Shown: positions 14,992 through 28,109 of the stretch, in pieces | How the letters are laid out: every line of letters starts with the position of its first letter | How positions within the stretch are numbered: the first letter of the stretch is position 1 | Source: Octopus vulgaris | Lineage: Eukaryota | DNA length: 64,000 bases | Direction of reading: 5' to 3' | Assembly (NCBI GenBank): GCA_951406725.2 | Contig: OX597837.1 | Span: 19,840,001 to 19,904,000 of the forward strand | The notes under the pieces: generated by a model | Seen by the model: the letters and a program-made list of their open reading frames with translations, nothing else | Told to the model about the DNA's origin: nothing | Database searches by the model: none | Position numbers and translations under genes: made by a program

Positions 14992-15269
14992 GCTCGACTA
15001 ATTACAGTGTGTAATAAAATGTTTATGTTTTTATTTATTTATTCATTTATTTATTTATTCATTTATTTATTTATTTATTTATTTATGTAAGTAAGTGTTA
15101 TTTCTATCTAGAAATCAAAAGGAAATGACTACTATTCCCTTCGAACTTTGCTTTCGTGACCTGGACATCAATGTTTTGAAACTGACCTAATTTCCATTAC
15201 TCATTCACAGCAAAAGGTGCAGTTTCAGAAGCAGGAACATCGTTATAGCAAATGTTCTATTCAATATCA

Positions 15270-15420
15270 GAGATTTGCTTGTCAGTCGCTTGACTGTAAC
15301 CAGTGGAGAATGCCCCATAGTGATTGACAATATGTGCATCTCTTATCATGAGGAGGAATCTTATCATGAGGGGGGAATAGAAGCCATGTGTTGAGAGAGA
15401 TTCTTTAAGGTTTGTATAAT
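15270..15420 (+). mobile_element. Old internal fragment of the ~550-bp element
   Basis: AGATTTGCTTGTCAGT...ATATGTGCATCTCT...AGCCATGTGTTGAGAGAGATTCTTT. Confidence 0.7.
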
Positions 15421-16244
15421 TATAAGAAAAGCAAAATTTGAAGGAATATTTGCTATTTTTGACACTTTCTAAGGGTGAGCAAACAAGATATAACAGTTGC
15501 AACCCAAGAACAAAAATCGTGGTACACAGTGATCTTAAGCACACCATACAGAAGTTCATTCTTAGTTCGTTGCTTGATTTTTTTTTTTGTTACAATAGTT
15601 TTTACGGTGGTTGGTTAATTTAATGGGTCTTAGTGACTTGAAAAGTTAATCTTGTGTTTTAAAGCATTATTTAGTAGCTTTGTTATTTGTTTGGTATCTG
15701 ATGGCATGCTTGATGGTCGTTGTTGTTGGATGAGCTGGAGAGGAAGAGCGCCAAAAGAGGAAGAAGAGGAAGTCGTGTTTGATCAGATTTTGTTGATCAC
15801 GTAGGTAATATTCTTGCGAATCACGACATCGGGTGATATCTGAATATTCCCACTATACATCTAAGACTATATTAGCCACTGTGTCCCCCTGTTTAGAACG
15901 CAGGAAGGCATTTTGAAGGATATTTGGTTGCTATTTCTGATAAATCAAACGAACACAGAATTTCTTTATTTCACTCTATTTTTTTTTTGATTGATGTATA
16001 ATTTCTCGATGGTTCATTTGGAGTTTTATGAATTCTTAGAGGTCTCATTGTCCATAATTCGTTTAATGACTTCACACTCTTGATTGGTTGTTTGATGGGT
16101 TGAGTGGTTCTTCAATTAAATGTTTACTTGTTGGATATATGCAGGTATGATTCCTATTTAAAATTGTTATCAGCTCGCAATGCGCAGATAAAATTGTTAT
16201 GAGCGGTCAAAACAGCGAGCAGCAATACAATAATGAGTATAGTC

Positions 16245-16565
16245 ATTGTTGATCTGCCCGACAATGGGCATCAACAGGGTTCAGTGACAAAATAAGACGC
16301 AGACGTTGAAACTGGAGTGGACATGTCTTCAGACGAGATCGATAAAGTGATTGAATGGTAGCACTAATGTGGAAGCCTGAGATGAAAAGAGCTGCAAGGT
16401 GCCCTATAACCAGATGGTGAAGGACAATTGACAAAGTAAGGTTACCAGAAAGGTGGAGAAGCTAGAATGAGTCCAGAACAGTGGCAGAAAACAGGGCTGG
16501 TTGGAGGGAACGTGTCACGGCCTCATGTGCCTCACAACACGGAGAGAACTAACTAACGGGCTAAC
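16245..16565 (+). mobile_element. RTE-like LINE 3' fragment, degraded
   Basis: IRRRR*NWSGHVFRR...ALMWKPEMKR...RW*RTIDK; short (AACT)n tail. Confidence 0.65.
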
Positions 16566-16896
16566 ATGTTCCAACAGATTATAATATGCAGTTCAACAGC
16601 AGTTCTCATCCAAGTTTGCCGAAACAACATCGTCGATTCCTATATTGTTTACTGTTTACTTCATTGCTTGATAGTTTCATTGTCTTTACATTTTCTCCTT
16701 TATTTATCACATGTTTCGGTTACTGGGCCACGGCCATGCTGGGCCATTGCCTAGAATTTATTCCATCGGTTTCTTTTCCCGAACCGCTAAGTTATGGGCA
16801 TGTTAAGAAAACATTGGTTTTCAAGTTATGGTTGGGCACGAACACAAACATATTTCACACACACTCATACACACACATATGTACAGACAGGTAGAG

Positions 16897-16940
<44 letters not shown>

Positions 16941-16960
16941 TGATAGATATATAGATTATT

Positions 16961-17055
<95 letters not shown>

Positions 17056-17339
17056 TGAATGGACAAACTAATGAAAGAGGCACTTAACACATTTAATAGG
17101 AGTTACATATATCATTATTTAAAACAGTTTGATTAGGCACCATGCAAAGTTTCGTGTACTCCTTTAACGAACCTATGAAACGAAGTTGCATAGGGCTGCA
17201 TCAAATTATATAACAAGAACAATAACAAGAACAATAACAAGAACAACAGCAACAACAACAACAACAAAAAAATAATAATAATGAAAAGAGGCAAGATATA
17301 GTCTCTAACGGACAGAATTACCTAATAGAGAACTGATTA

Positions 17340-18520
17340 AGCAAATTGAAAAGGAATGCTACAGTTCAACGAGATGATGGAGAAGGAAATGAAAGAGATA
17401 TTGAGGATGGAATATTTCCAATTGGTTTTGCGCTCAAAATTGACCGGATAGAATAAAATCCCAGAGTTAATACATGGGCGAAAGCATCACTTTGGTATAG
17501 AACTGGAATGATGAAATAGCAAAAGAAAGAACTGATGAACTTGGATATGAAGACAAGAAAAAAGTTGACTGTGCACGGAGCTTTCAAACCTAAGAGTGAC
17601 ACCGATAGACTGTGTACTTGTCCAGAAGAAAGGGTTTGATCAGCTGCAATGATTGTATCGAAGCGGAGAAAAACAGCTTAGGATGGTATGTAAAAAATAC
17701 TGTGGAACCATTGTTGAAATATGTGAGGAGGCTTACATCATTAAAACTGATAATTGTGTCAAGAAAGAAAAAACTTAAGAACATAAAAAAAGGAAAAGTA
17801 TGGAAGGAGAAAAATGTACAGTCAGTTTGCAAGAGATACGAACGCCAAGACAGATACAGAAAACCGGTGGCTATGGATGAGGAGCAGGTGACCTGAAGAT
17901 AAAGACAGAAGCACCCATATGTGTAGCTCAAGAACAAGTGTTAAGGATTATGTGAAGTGCAGAATTGACAACACAACCGGCAGCGACAAATGCAGAATGT
18001 ATGGCGAGAGGGGTGAAACGGTATGGCACATCGTTAGCGAATGCCCGAAATTGGCACAACGCGAATACAAAAGACGACATGACAATGCAGACATCGGAAA
18101 CCGGACATTTTTGTGGTGAAAAAGAGAAAAAGAAAGAACATGCGCTACAATCGACATAGCATGTCCCGGTGACTACAGGCTTAAAGAGAAAGAAGAAGAA
18201 AAACTGAACAACTACGACGACTTTTTTTTTTTGAAGTGGGAAATAGGAATTGAAAAGTCAACGAGGAGAGTAGACGTGATACTAATTGTAATTGGCGCAC
18301 TTGGAAGTATCGGCACTCGACCACCAACATGGCTGAAAAAGATTGGTACAAATGTAAAGGTAGAACACATAGAAATCCCAGCATTGCTTGGAACTGCAAG
18401 AATTCTTCGCAGGGTTCTTGAAGCATGACCAGTAAAAAATATGTCCTTAGTCTGGTGGCTGTGGACAGCTGACACTTTCTATCATACCCAACAAAATAGG
18501 CTGTGAGTAATCTCAGTAGT
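17340..18520 (+). mobile_element. R4/Dong-type degraded 3' half
   Basis: ELMNLDMKTRKKLTVHGAFKPKSDTDRL, KCRMYGERGETVWHIVSECPKLAQREYKRRHD (zinc knuckle plus RHD), IVIGALG, ALLGTARILRRVL. Confidence 0.85.
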
Positions 18521-18727
18521 TATAGATGCATTGTGAACTACCCCTAAAGATCTGAACAGATGAATAGAAGAAATAGGTATAAAACCCAGTTTAGTACAGC
18601 TCCAGAAAACTGTTATTAGGGACAGCCAGGATACTTAGGAGGGTTATTGGCATCTAAGGTTACTTATTGGAGCCCAATGTTAGGACATTTTCTTTTCTAA
18701 CAGTCTAATCTGTTTAGTGTATATGAA

Positions 18728-18730
<3 letters not shown>
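18520..18730 (+). mobile_element. R4/Dong-type 3' end with (TAA)n tail
   Basis: IEEIGIKPSLVQLQK..LGTARILRRV; 3' UTR like 5040-5100; followed by (TAA)n. Confidence 0.8.
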
Positions 18731-18787
<57 letters not shown>

Positions 18788-18789
18788 CT

Positions 18790-19197
18790 TTTCTACTATA
18801 GGCACCAAGCCTGAAATTTTGGGGAAGGGGACTAGCTGATTACATCAACCCTAGTGTTTCACTGGTACTTAATTTATCGACTTCGAAAGGATGAAAGGCA
18901 AAGTCGATCCCGGCGGTACTTGAACTCAGAACGTAAAGACGAACGAAATGCCGCTAAGCATTTCTTAATCTATTTGTAAATTTGCTATGGTGGTGAGCTC
19001 GTAGAATTTTTAGCACGCCAAGCAAAAATGTTTAGCGGCATTTCTTCCGTCTATTTTGAGTTCAAATTTCGCCAATTTTGCGTTTCATCCTTTCGGAGTG
19101 GAGAAAATATGTACCAGTTGAACACTGACGTCGATGTAATAGACAAGCCCCCGCCTCTCCGAAACTGCCAACCTTGTGCCAAAATTTAAAACCAATA
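18790..19197. mobile_element. Two SINE family B copies head-to-head (18790-18965 minus, 18985-19197 plus)
   Basis: Both match the family B body and 3' tail CTTGTGCCAAAATTT(G/A)AAACC. Confidence 0.75.
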
Positions 19198-20485
19198 TGT
19201 ATTGTACAGTTTGATAGTATTTGCTAAGTCTTTTAATGAGCTGTTCAGATATGTGACTGATTTGTGAGCTTGTTTGCGGGTGGGTTTCCCGGTAATTCGA
19301 CGGCTTTCCAGCGGTTTGCTCCAAAATATACATGAAATGATCGTTTGAAGATTTAATAGTTTGTCTTATATATATTTGAAAATTTGAAAGTTCTCTAGAG
19401 GCATTTTTAGTTGCCCGTTGCAATACATAATTAGTTCTTCATTTCATGGTCTGGTGGTTTGTTTCATAGCGTATTTGAAACTTTGTTAGCCGCCTTATGG
19501 AAGACATTTTTGGGTGGACTGTTTGAAAATAAAATTGATGTTTGTTACTAGTATTGTTGTTTACATCATAGTATGAATAATAAGCTGTTTCATTATTTTG
19601 TCTCTGAATATTCGAAAATACGACTGAAGACTTATTTGATGGCTTGGTTGATACCTTGTTTGAACACGCGTTCGCCGTTTTCTTTTGGTTAAATGTTTGA
19701 TGGCAGCGTTCTCAGGGTGTTATAAATTAATGTATGACTATTACATTTTGCTTTGGTAGAACTCAGAATAATCAATACTCGGATGTCGAGTGAGAAATAG
19801 AAGCCAAAAAGATTGCTGGTGCTTTGACACGAACTGAATTTGTATAGAGACGATTCAGTCTGAGTTCTTCATCAGAGAAGAAAAATAAATCAATGGACTA
19901 TTTATATTTTGTCGCTTTCTTTTACTGTGGTATCGGCCCATATTCTCCACTTCTTTTTCAATTCTCTCTCCTATACTTTCCCAAATCTTTACTCCACACT
20001 TTCTTCCTTCTCTCAACTGGACTCTCCTATAGTCTCTCCTTCTCTTCCCTCATCTCTCTCTCCCCTTCTCTCTCTCTCCTTCTCTCTCTCTCCTTCTCTC
20101 TCTCTCCTTCTCTCTCTCTCTCTCTGTCTTTCTCTGTCTCTCTCACATTACAGTCAATGTCTTTAATCCATCTATTTGTCTATGTTTTCTTCTTTCCACA
20201 TCGCCTAGCAATATTGTTCAAGTCTACGAAAATTCCTGCACAATTCAACAGATATGATCAAACAATCGGTAAGATTTAAACGCAGCAGCAGCAGCAGAAG
20301 CAGCAACCACAATAATAACAACAACAGCAGCAGCAGCAACAACAACAAGCATGATAATAATAATTTCCTTTATTTGTCACCTGGAGCAGCACATTACAAA
20401 GACAAGTTAAAATTTCTGTGAGGGCTATTATAAAATCAGGTGAGGAGGTCAAAATGGGATAATAATAATAATAATAATAATAATG

Positions 20486-20544
<59 letters not shown>

Positions 20545-20549
<5 letters not shown>

Positions 20550-20860
20550 AGCTAACTTGAATGTGGAGTTTAAAAACAGAAATAAGGTAAATGAAATATG
20601 GAGTCTAAAAACAGATACACTTCCTATCAAAGTAGGCACATTAGGTATGATTAAAGTGATATTCAGTCAGATACATTACAAAAACACCAGAACTAACAAG
20701 TATATATAACATACAGAATATAGAACTACTAGGCACCACACACTTCCTACGTAAAACACTTTCAATACAGTAAAAATAGGAGCATCACAACAAACCACAG
20801 CACATAACCAAGGTACACAGAGCTGCACTCGGTAGTGAAGTGAAAGCACGGGATAAAAAA
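20545..20860 (+). mobile_element. R4/Dong-type 3' fragment between (TAA)n tracts
   Basis: IWSLKTDTLPIKVGTLGMI...LGTTHFLRKTLSIQ*; 3' UTR matches the reverse complement of 27060-27150. Confidence 0.85.
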
Positions 20861-20869
20861 TAATAATAA

Positions 20870-21419
20870 ATGCGCTGATGCAGTACCAGGCAGTGTCTTT
20901 CATGGCTTCTGATCTTAACTGATTGGAAGAGTTATCATATACATTGTTTTGTCTTGGTATAAAAGATGGGCTACAGCAAATATTCTGCTCAATACCACAG
21001 ATTTGCTTGTCAGTTGTTTGACCGTAACCAGTTGAGCATGTCCCTTAGTGGCTGACGATATGTGTATCTCTGATCACGAGCAGAAGTAGTGGGGCAGCAT
21101 CATAGCTATGTGTTGAGAGGGATTCTTTGGGGTTTGGATAATTCACATCTGGAAACATGGATGTTCAACATCCTTAAACAACCCTTATTCAGGGAGCTTT
21201 GAGCGGGATGGGCTAATCGACCTGAGGAAAATTTTAACTGGGTCCCACCTACAAGGTCATGCGCTGTTTATCTTGATATGAGATCACCATGTTACGCACG
21301 TATGGTTATGATGCATGTGACTGGTGTACCCTCATCAGGCGGGTAGTGATGATGGGTATACTGGGCTTCATATATTTTACCCCAATGTCACTTTGATGGC
21401 ATGCACTGCTCTCTCACTC
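20870..21419 (+). mobile_element. (TAA)n-associated element, full-length copy in the tail of a Dong fragment
   Basis: ATGCGCTGATGCAGTACCAGGC...CTCTCACTC followed by (AAT)n. Confidence 0.9.
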
Positions 21420-21484
<65 letters not shown>

Positions 21485-21499
21485 TGATGATGATGATGA

Positions 21500-22262
21500 T
21501 ACTTTAAAAGATTGTAGTAACTCTTCACAAAGGTAAACAGACAAAACAAATTTTATTGGTTGAACGATATTTCGACAGCAAACCTGTCTTTGTCGAGTTC
21601 AGAATAAGAAGTGACAAAATTTCAAAATTATATTTAAAGTATGAACAAGTGCAACGAGTGTCCACACGTTGATGGAATGACATCATCAGTCTTTAAGTTT
21701 CAATTCTATAACAGGCGAAAAGAAAGACAGAAAAAAAAAAAGAAAAAAGAGGAAAGAAAAAAGAAAAGGAAAAAGAAGAATAATTAAACAAACCGTTTTG
21801 TATAAATTTGATGACATTCTCCTGTCATTTTATTCATTCCTCCTGAGCGTGATGTTAATAACCAGCAAACATATTTCTCCTCATGCATTTTAAGAAGTGA
21901 AAGTGAAGCAGATTCAGAATATTTTCTGAGAATATACACTTTCAAGTCTTCTTCAAAATTGCAGATGTTTGAAACGAAATGTTCGGCAAGTTCTGTCGAA
22001 TTACTGTTATTGTGCCTGACGTTGAATCTGTGCCCATTAAAGCTTTTGTTTAATTGTTCTGTTGTACAACCAACATAGATTGAGTTGTGTTTCGTACATT
22101 CTGCAGCGTACACCAAATGGGAATCTCTACATGTCCCACCTTCCGTATAAATCATAACATTTCTGTTATGATCCCTGATGGAATTCACTTGACTCATGCT
22201 GTCGCACAATGAACAAGGCTTACCTCTCTCGCGGCTGTTTTTCAAGTTACAGCGTACAGATA
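21500..22262 (-). mobile_element. Penelope-like element 3' fragment: GIY-YIG endonuclease (ORF 22245-21784) and 3' region
   Basis: CSLC linker, C...LVYAAEC.....YVGCT....NGH...LAEH....E......GMN, typical of the PLE GIY-YIG domain with CCHH motif; decayed hammerhead-like motif downstream. Confidence 0.85.
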
Positions 22263-22294
22263 CTCCATTGCTTTCTCACTCAATAATAATAATG

Positions 22295-22346
<52 letters not shown>

Positions 22347-22416
22347 TGATGATGATGATGATGATAATAATAATAATAATAATGATGATGATGATGATGA
22401 TAATAATATGATAATA

Positions 22417-22513
<97 letters not shown>

Positions 22514-22521
22514 TGATGATG

Positions 22522-22588
<67 letters not shown>

Positions 22589-22590
<2 letters not shown>

Positions 22591-23143
22591 GTCCTGATGC
22601 AGTACCAGACAGTGGTACTCATGGCTTCTGATCATAACTGATTGAAAGTGTTATCATGTACATTGTTTTGTCTTGGTATAACAGATGGGCTACAGCAAAT
22701 ATTCAGCTCAATACCACAGATTTGCTTGTCAGTTGTTTGACCGTAACCAGTTGAGAATGTCCCTTAGTGGCTGACGATATGTGCATCTCTGATCACGAGC
22801 TGAAGTAGTGGGGCAGCATCATAGCCTATGTTGAAAGGAATTCTTAGAAGTTTGGATAATTCATCTTTGGAAACATGGTCGGTTCGTTCAACATCCTTAA
22901 ACAATCCTTATTCAGGGACCTTTTGAGCGGGATGGGCTACTCGACCAGAATAAAATTCTAACTGGGCCCCACCTGCAAGGTCATGTACTGTTTATCTTGA
23001 TATGAGATCACCATGTCGCGCACATATGGTTGTGATGCATGTGCCTAGTGTACCTTTATGAGACGGATAGTGATGATGGGTATATTGGGCTTCGTATATT
23101 TTACCCCAGTGTCACTTTGATGGCATGCACTGCTCTCTCACTT
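22589..23143 (+). mobile_element. (TAA)n-associated element, full-length copy
   Basis: Same termini, (AAT)n flanks. Confidence 0.9.
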
Positions 23144-23154
23144 AATAATAATGA

Positions 23155-23437
23155 TAATGGTTTAAAATGTTGTCACAAGGGCAGAAATTTGGGGACGGGG
23201 ATAAGTCGATTACACCGTCCCCAGTGTTTCACTGGTACTTAATTTGTAGACTCCGAAAGGATGAAAGGCAAAGTCGACCTCGGCAGAACGATAATTGCTT
23301 CTAATGCTGGCACAAAACCAGAATTTATGTGGGGAGAAGGATATCCGATACCATCGATTCCAGTACTTGATCGGTACTTTTATTTTATCGACCTCGCAAG
23401 ATTTGAAGGTTGAAAGGCGAATTTGAACTCGGGAACT
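23155..23437 (-). mobile_element. Two SINE family B 3' fragments
   Basis: ATAAGTCGATTACA...CTGGTACTTAATTT...GAAAGGATGAAAGGCAAAGTCGACCTCGGC. Confidence 0.7.
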
Positions 23438-23566
23438 GTAACAAAGTACGACAGAAGTTTACACACAGACAGGCGATTGGGTGGGTGGGGAATGCTTGCA
23501 AAACGATAGTAAAGAAATTGAGAGAGAAGATGAAGAGGAGAAAGAAGAGAGGAACATCAATCACCA

Positions 23567-23640
<74 letters not shown>

Positions 23641-24664
23641 TATACAAAAGTAATAGTTATTATAAAAGCAACAAACTCACAATAACCCTGCACTTATCTC
23701 AATCATTCGCACACTTTCACCGCCACCGCCACCGCCACCGCAACAACAAAAACAACCACAACAATGCCACCACCACCACCACCACCACCACCAACACCAA
23801 CACCAAAATATTGTCTGGAAAAACCAATGAAGAAAGGGTTTAAAACTAAAAAAACAAACAAAACAAAAATCGAAAGTAGGAGAGAAACAAGAAGAGAAAA
23901 AAGAGAGAACGTATGAAGAAAGGAAGGAAGGAAGGAAGGAAGGAAGGAAGGAAGGAAGGAAGGAAAGAAGGAAGGAAGGAAAACTTTGTGCTGTCGTCAC
24001 GCCCCCCATCACCACCATTGTTCTTCTTGTTCCCTAGAAAGAATCTTCTTTTCCACCTTGCAATACGATTTATAGTTTTATATTTATTTATTATGTTATC
24101 TCTGCAAAGTTTTTCTAAAGAAATGTATTAAGATTTTGGTTGTGAGTAAACGCATTTATCTATGCACATACACAAACACAACATATATATGTATGTACAC
24201 ACATATATGTGTATACACACATATATATATGCATGTATGTGCGTGTATACACAGACAGACACGCACATATATACATACATATTTATACATTACACACACA
24301 TATACATTGAAACTTACGTATAAGCAAGCATGTGTATGTATATGTATATATGTATATATATGCATAAACGTATGTGCGTATATATACATACATGTATGCG
24401 TGATGTGTGTGTGTGTACATAGACACGAATACATGTAAAATTATATATGCATTCGTGTATTATACATATATGCATATGTTTATGCAACAATAAAACACAC
24501 CTTTATACACAGACACCATATGAACACATGTATATATATATACACACACTCACACGCGCACACACATGTATATCATGTATATTTTATATATATATACACA
24601 CATAAATACATAAGCACTTATATACTTGGTTGTCTTAAAACTATATTTGACTCTGCGTTAAAAT

Positions 24665-24839
<175 letters not shown>

Positions 24840-25372
24840 GCGAGTGTTTATATTTATTCATGTGCATTGTACACATACTCACAGACGCATCCATACACAC
24901 ACACACACTCTTGTATATGTAAGTACGTAGGAACTTACAGTGGCGCAACTATTTATATGAACATCTCTATGTAAGCTTATTTAATGAGGGAAGAAAATAA
25001 TGTAGTTCTCTGGACTTTAATGAGAAAATTATATCTTGTCTCGTCTGCATTGTAAAAATGTAGCGTCTAGCAGCAGTTGCTGTAGCAGAGGTCTCAATCG
25101 TCGTCGTCTTTGTGCTGTTGTTTCTGTTGTTGTTGCTGTTGGTGTTGTTGGTGGTGGTGGTGTTGGTGGTGGTGTTGGTGTTTGTTTGTTTTAGAAATTT
25201 TCTCAACATTTAACTGTGCATTTTCATTTACAATTTTAAGGGGACGACAGCCACAGAAATTCGTGCGCCGACACCGGCATACGCAAACGCATACATATTT
25301 CCACAAACACAACCCCTCTCATACATACTTACATACATACACACGTACATATGTATACAAGTGTGTATATAA

Positions 25373-25453
<81 letters not shown>

Positions 25454-25758
25454 TTATATACATGCATATGTAGATATATATATGTATTTGTTTATATACG
25501 AAATTTTATGAAAATATTTGCATATATGCATATGTATACACACACACACACATATATGAATATATGTGTCTACTAATGTATGTATATTTATATGCATACA
25601 TGTATATACATACACACACACACATATTTAGAGAGAAATACATCTACATATATATATATATACATATATATATAATATGCATATGTGTGTGCATATATAT
25701 ATATATATATATACACGTTGAAAACGCACATACAAATAAATACGTGTTTGAATACATA

Positions 25759-25818
<60 letters not shown>

Positions 25819-26974
25819 TGTATGTATGTATATATCAATTATATATGTGTGTCGCACAATCAGTGTTCGTTTGTTCATATATTTGTTTGATTTGATTATC
25901 ATTGGTTGAAAATATGTTTGCGTTATTCTTTGTGATATGTAAGAAGTAAAATAGTCTTGTAATGTTTTTTAAAATTATGTCGTGTGTCTGTCTAGCCTGC
26001 AGTGATCTGGCGGTTACTGAGTCAGTAAGCTAATGTTAGGCAGCAGTGTATAACAACAACAACAACAACAGCAACAAATATAGTTTAATTCCTATTCTAG
26101 TCTGTGTGTTTATGTTTGTTTATTGTTCTGGTAGTATTGGTAAGTTGGTGAGATTTTCTTATTCATTTATTTGCCGTTTGGTTGTTGATTTCTTGTAGCG
26201 GCGGCTGTTCCTTTACACCTACAAATCTGCGCTTGTGTGTGTGTGTATGGGTATATGCGTATTTACATATATGTGTGTATATTTATATGTATACACATAC
26301 ATATATATATACACATATATGTATATAATTAAATATAATATTATTTATGTATATATGTATGTATATATCTATATATAGAAACATATATATATGTATGTAT
26401 ATAAATACAAATACAAATATATATGTATGTATATAAATACACACACACACACATATATACATATATATGTATAGCGAGAGAGAGAGAAAGAGAAAGTGGA
26501 AGTCAACAAGTCAATAACAAAAGACAAAATCAAATAAGAGAACCAAAACATAAAGGGGCGTTCATAGCTAATATTAAGTTATTGCTCTCGAAGAAGGAGA
26601 AATGTTATAAAGTGAAAACTACAGAGTAAAAGTATGACTTTTTGGATGTATGTATGTGTGTGTGTGTGAGTGTGTGTGAAACATGTGGGGATATTATTGA
26701 AAGATTTAGGTAACAAAGGGAAATCTATGATGGAAAGTGGCCTGCTCCAGTCTTCTTCCAGCACTCATTTGATTGCCATAATGACTCCATAAACAGATTT
26801 TGCGTAGATATCTTATCTATCCAAACCTTTGATACTATGTTGAGGCAAGTCACAGAGTCAATCTGCTTAAGAGAATGTATGCCTAGCTTCAGTCGTAAGT
26901 CCACTTAAGTGACACGCAAGATTCCCCATCGACTCCCTTTTCATTCACAACCCCTTTCACTGTTCATTCATTCA

Positions 26975-27053
<79 letters not shown>

Positions 27054-27056
<3 letters not shown>

Positions 27057-27768
27057 TAGTTTTATTTTTATAGCGTGCTTTCACTTCACTACCGAGCGCA
27101 GCTCTGTGTGCCTTGGGTATGTGCTGTGATTTGTTGTGATGCTCTGATGGTTACTGTATGGAAAGTGTTCTGCGTAGGATGTGTGCAGTGCCTAGTAGTG
27201 CAATTTTCTGTATGTTATATGTGTTTGTAAGTCCTGGTGTTTTTGTTATGTATTTGTCTGAATATTTTTTTATCATGCCTAATGCACCTACTATGATAGG
27301 AATTGTTTCTGTTTTCAGATTCCACATTCTAGTTACCTCTATTTCCAGGTCTTTGTATTTTGAGAGTTTCTCCATTTCTTTTAGAGACACGTTGTCATCA
27401 GCCGGTATTGATACATCAATTAGAAAGCATTTTTTTTCTTCATGGTCTCTGACAACTATATCTGGTCTGTTGGCTTTAATTTCTCTGTCTGTGTGTATCG
27501 GCATATCCCAGAGTATGGTTGCTTTCTCGTTTTCTGTGACCTTTTCTGGTGTGTGCCTATACCATCTTTTTTCTGTTGTTATTCCATAATGTTGGCATAG
27601 CTTCCAATGTATGTAGGTTCCAACTCTGTCATGTCTGTGAATATATTCCTTCTTAGCCAGGACTGGGCAGCTAGAGATAATATGATTTATTGTTTCTTGT
27701 CAATCTCCACATATTCTGCAGTTACTTGTTATATTTCTTTTCATTACATGTTTTTGGTAATTTTGGTA
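27054..27768 (-). mobile_element. Well-preserved R4/Dong-type 5'-truncated insertion inside (TAA)n
   Basis: CRICG..QETINHIISSCPVLAKKEYIHRHDRVG..HW...ILWDMPIHTDREIKANRPDIVV...CFLIDVSIP...EKLSKYKDL...PIIVGALG...LLGTAHILRRTLSIQ*; (TAA)n on both sides. Confidence 0.92.
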
Positions 27769-27774
27769 ATAATA

Positions 27775-27855
<81 letters not shown>

Positions 27856-27877
27856 CATTATTATTATCATTATTAAA

Positions 27878-28090
27878 AACAGCGAACTGGCCGAATCGTT
27901 AGCATGCCAGACAAAATGTTTAGTATCAATGCTTTCGGCTCTTTACGTTCTCACTACAAATTCCGTCGAGGCCAGTTTCACCATTTATAATTTTTTCTAA
28001 GATACGTACCAGTTGAACGTTGAACTCGATATAATCGACTTAACCACTCTTCTAAAATTGTAGGTCGTTTGTCAAAATTTGAATTCATTG
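27878..28090 (+). mobile_element. SINE family B, degraded
   Basis: GCGAACTGGCCGAATCGTTAGCATGCCAGACAAAATG... Confidence 0.7.
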
Positions 28091-28109
28091 TTTTTTTTTT
28101 TCTCCTCTA

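Noticed and set aside
19200-19880. Possible Penelope RT/GIY-YIG remnant on the minus strand (YIRQT)
   Set aside because: Too degraded to support from a single motif
21045-21110. CTGACGA...GAAG in the 550-bp element as a hammerhead
   Set aside because: GAAG instead of GAAA in the copies checked, and no convincing stems II or III
23039-23242. Recurrent short ORF MCLVY...GLRIFYPSVTLMA in several element copies
   Set aside because: Recurs only because the repeat does; frame and length vary and it runs into the microsatellite
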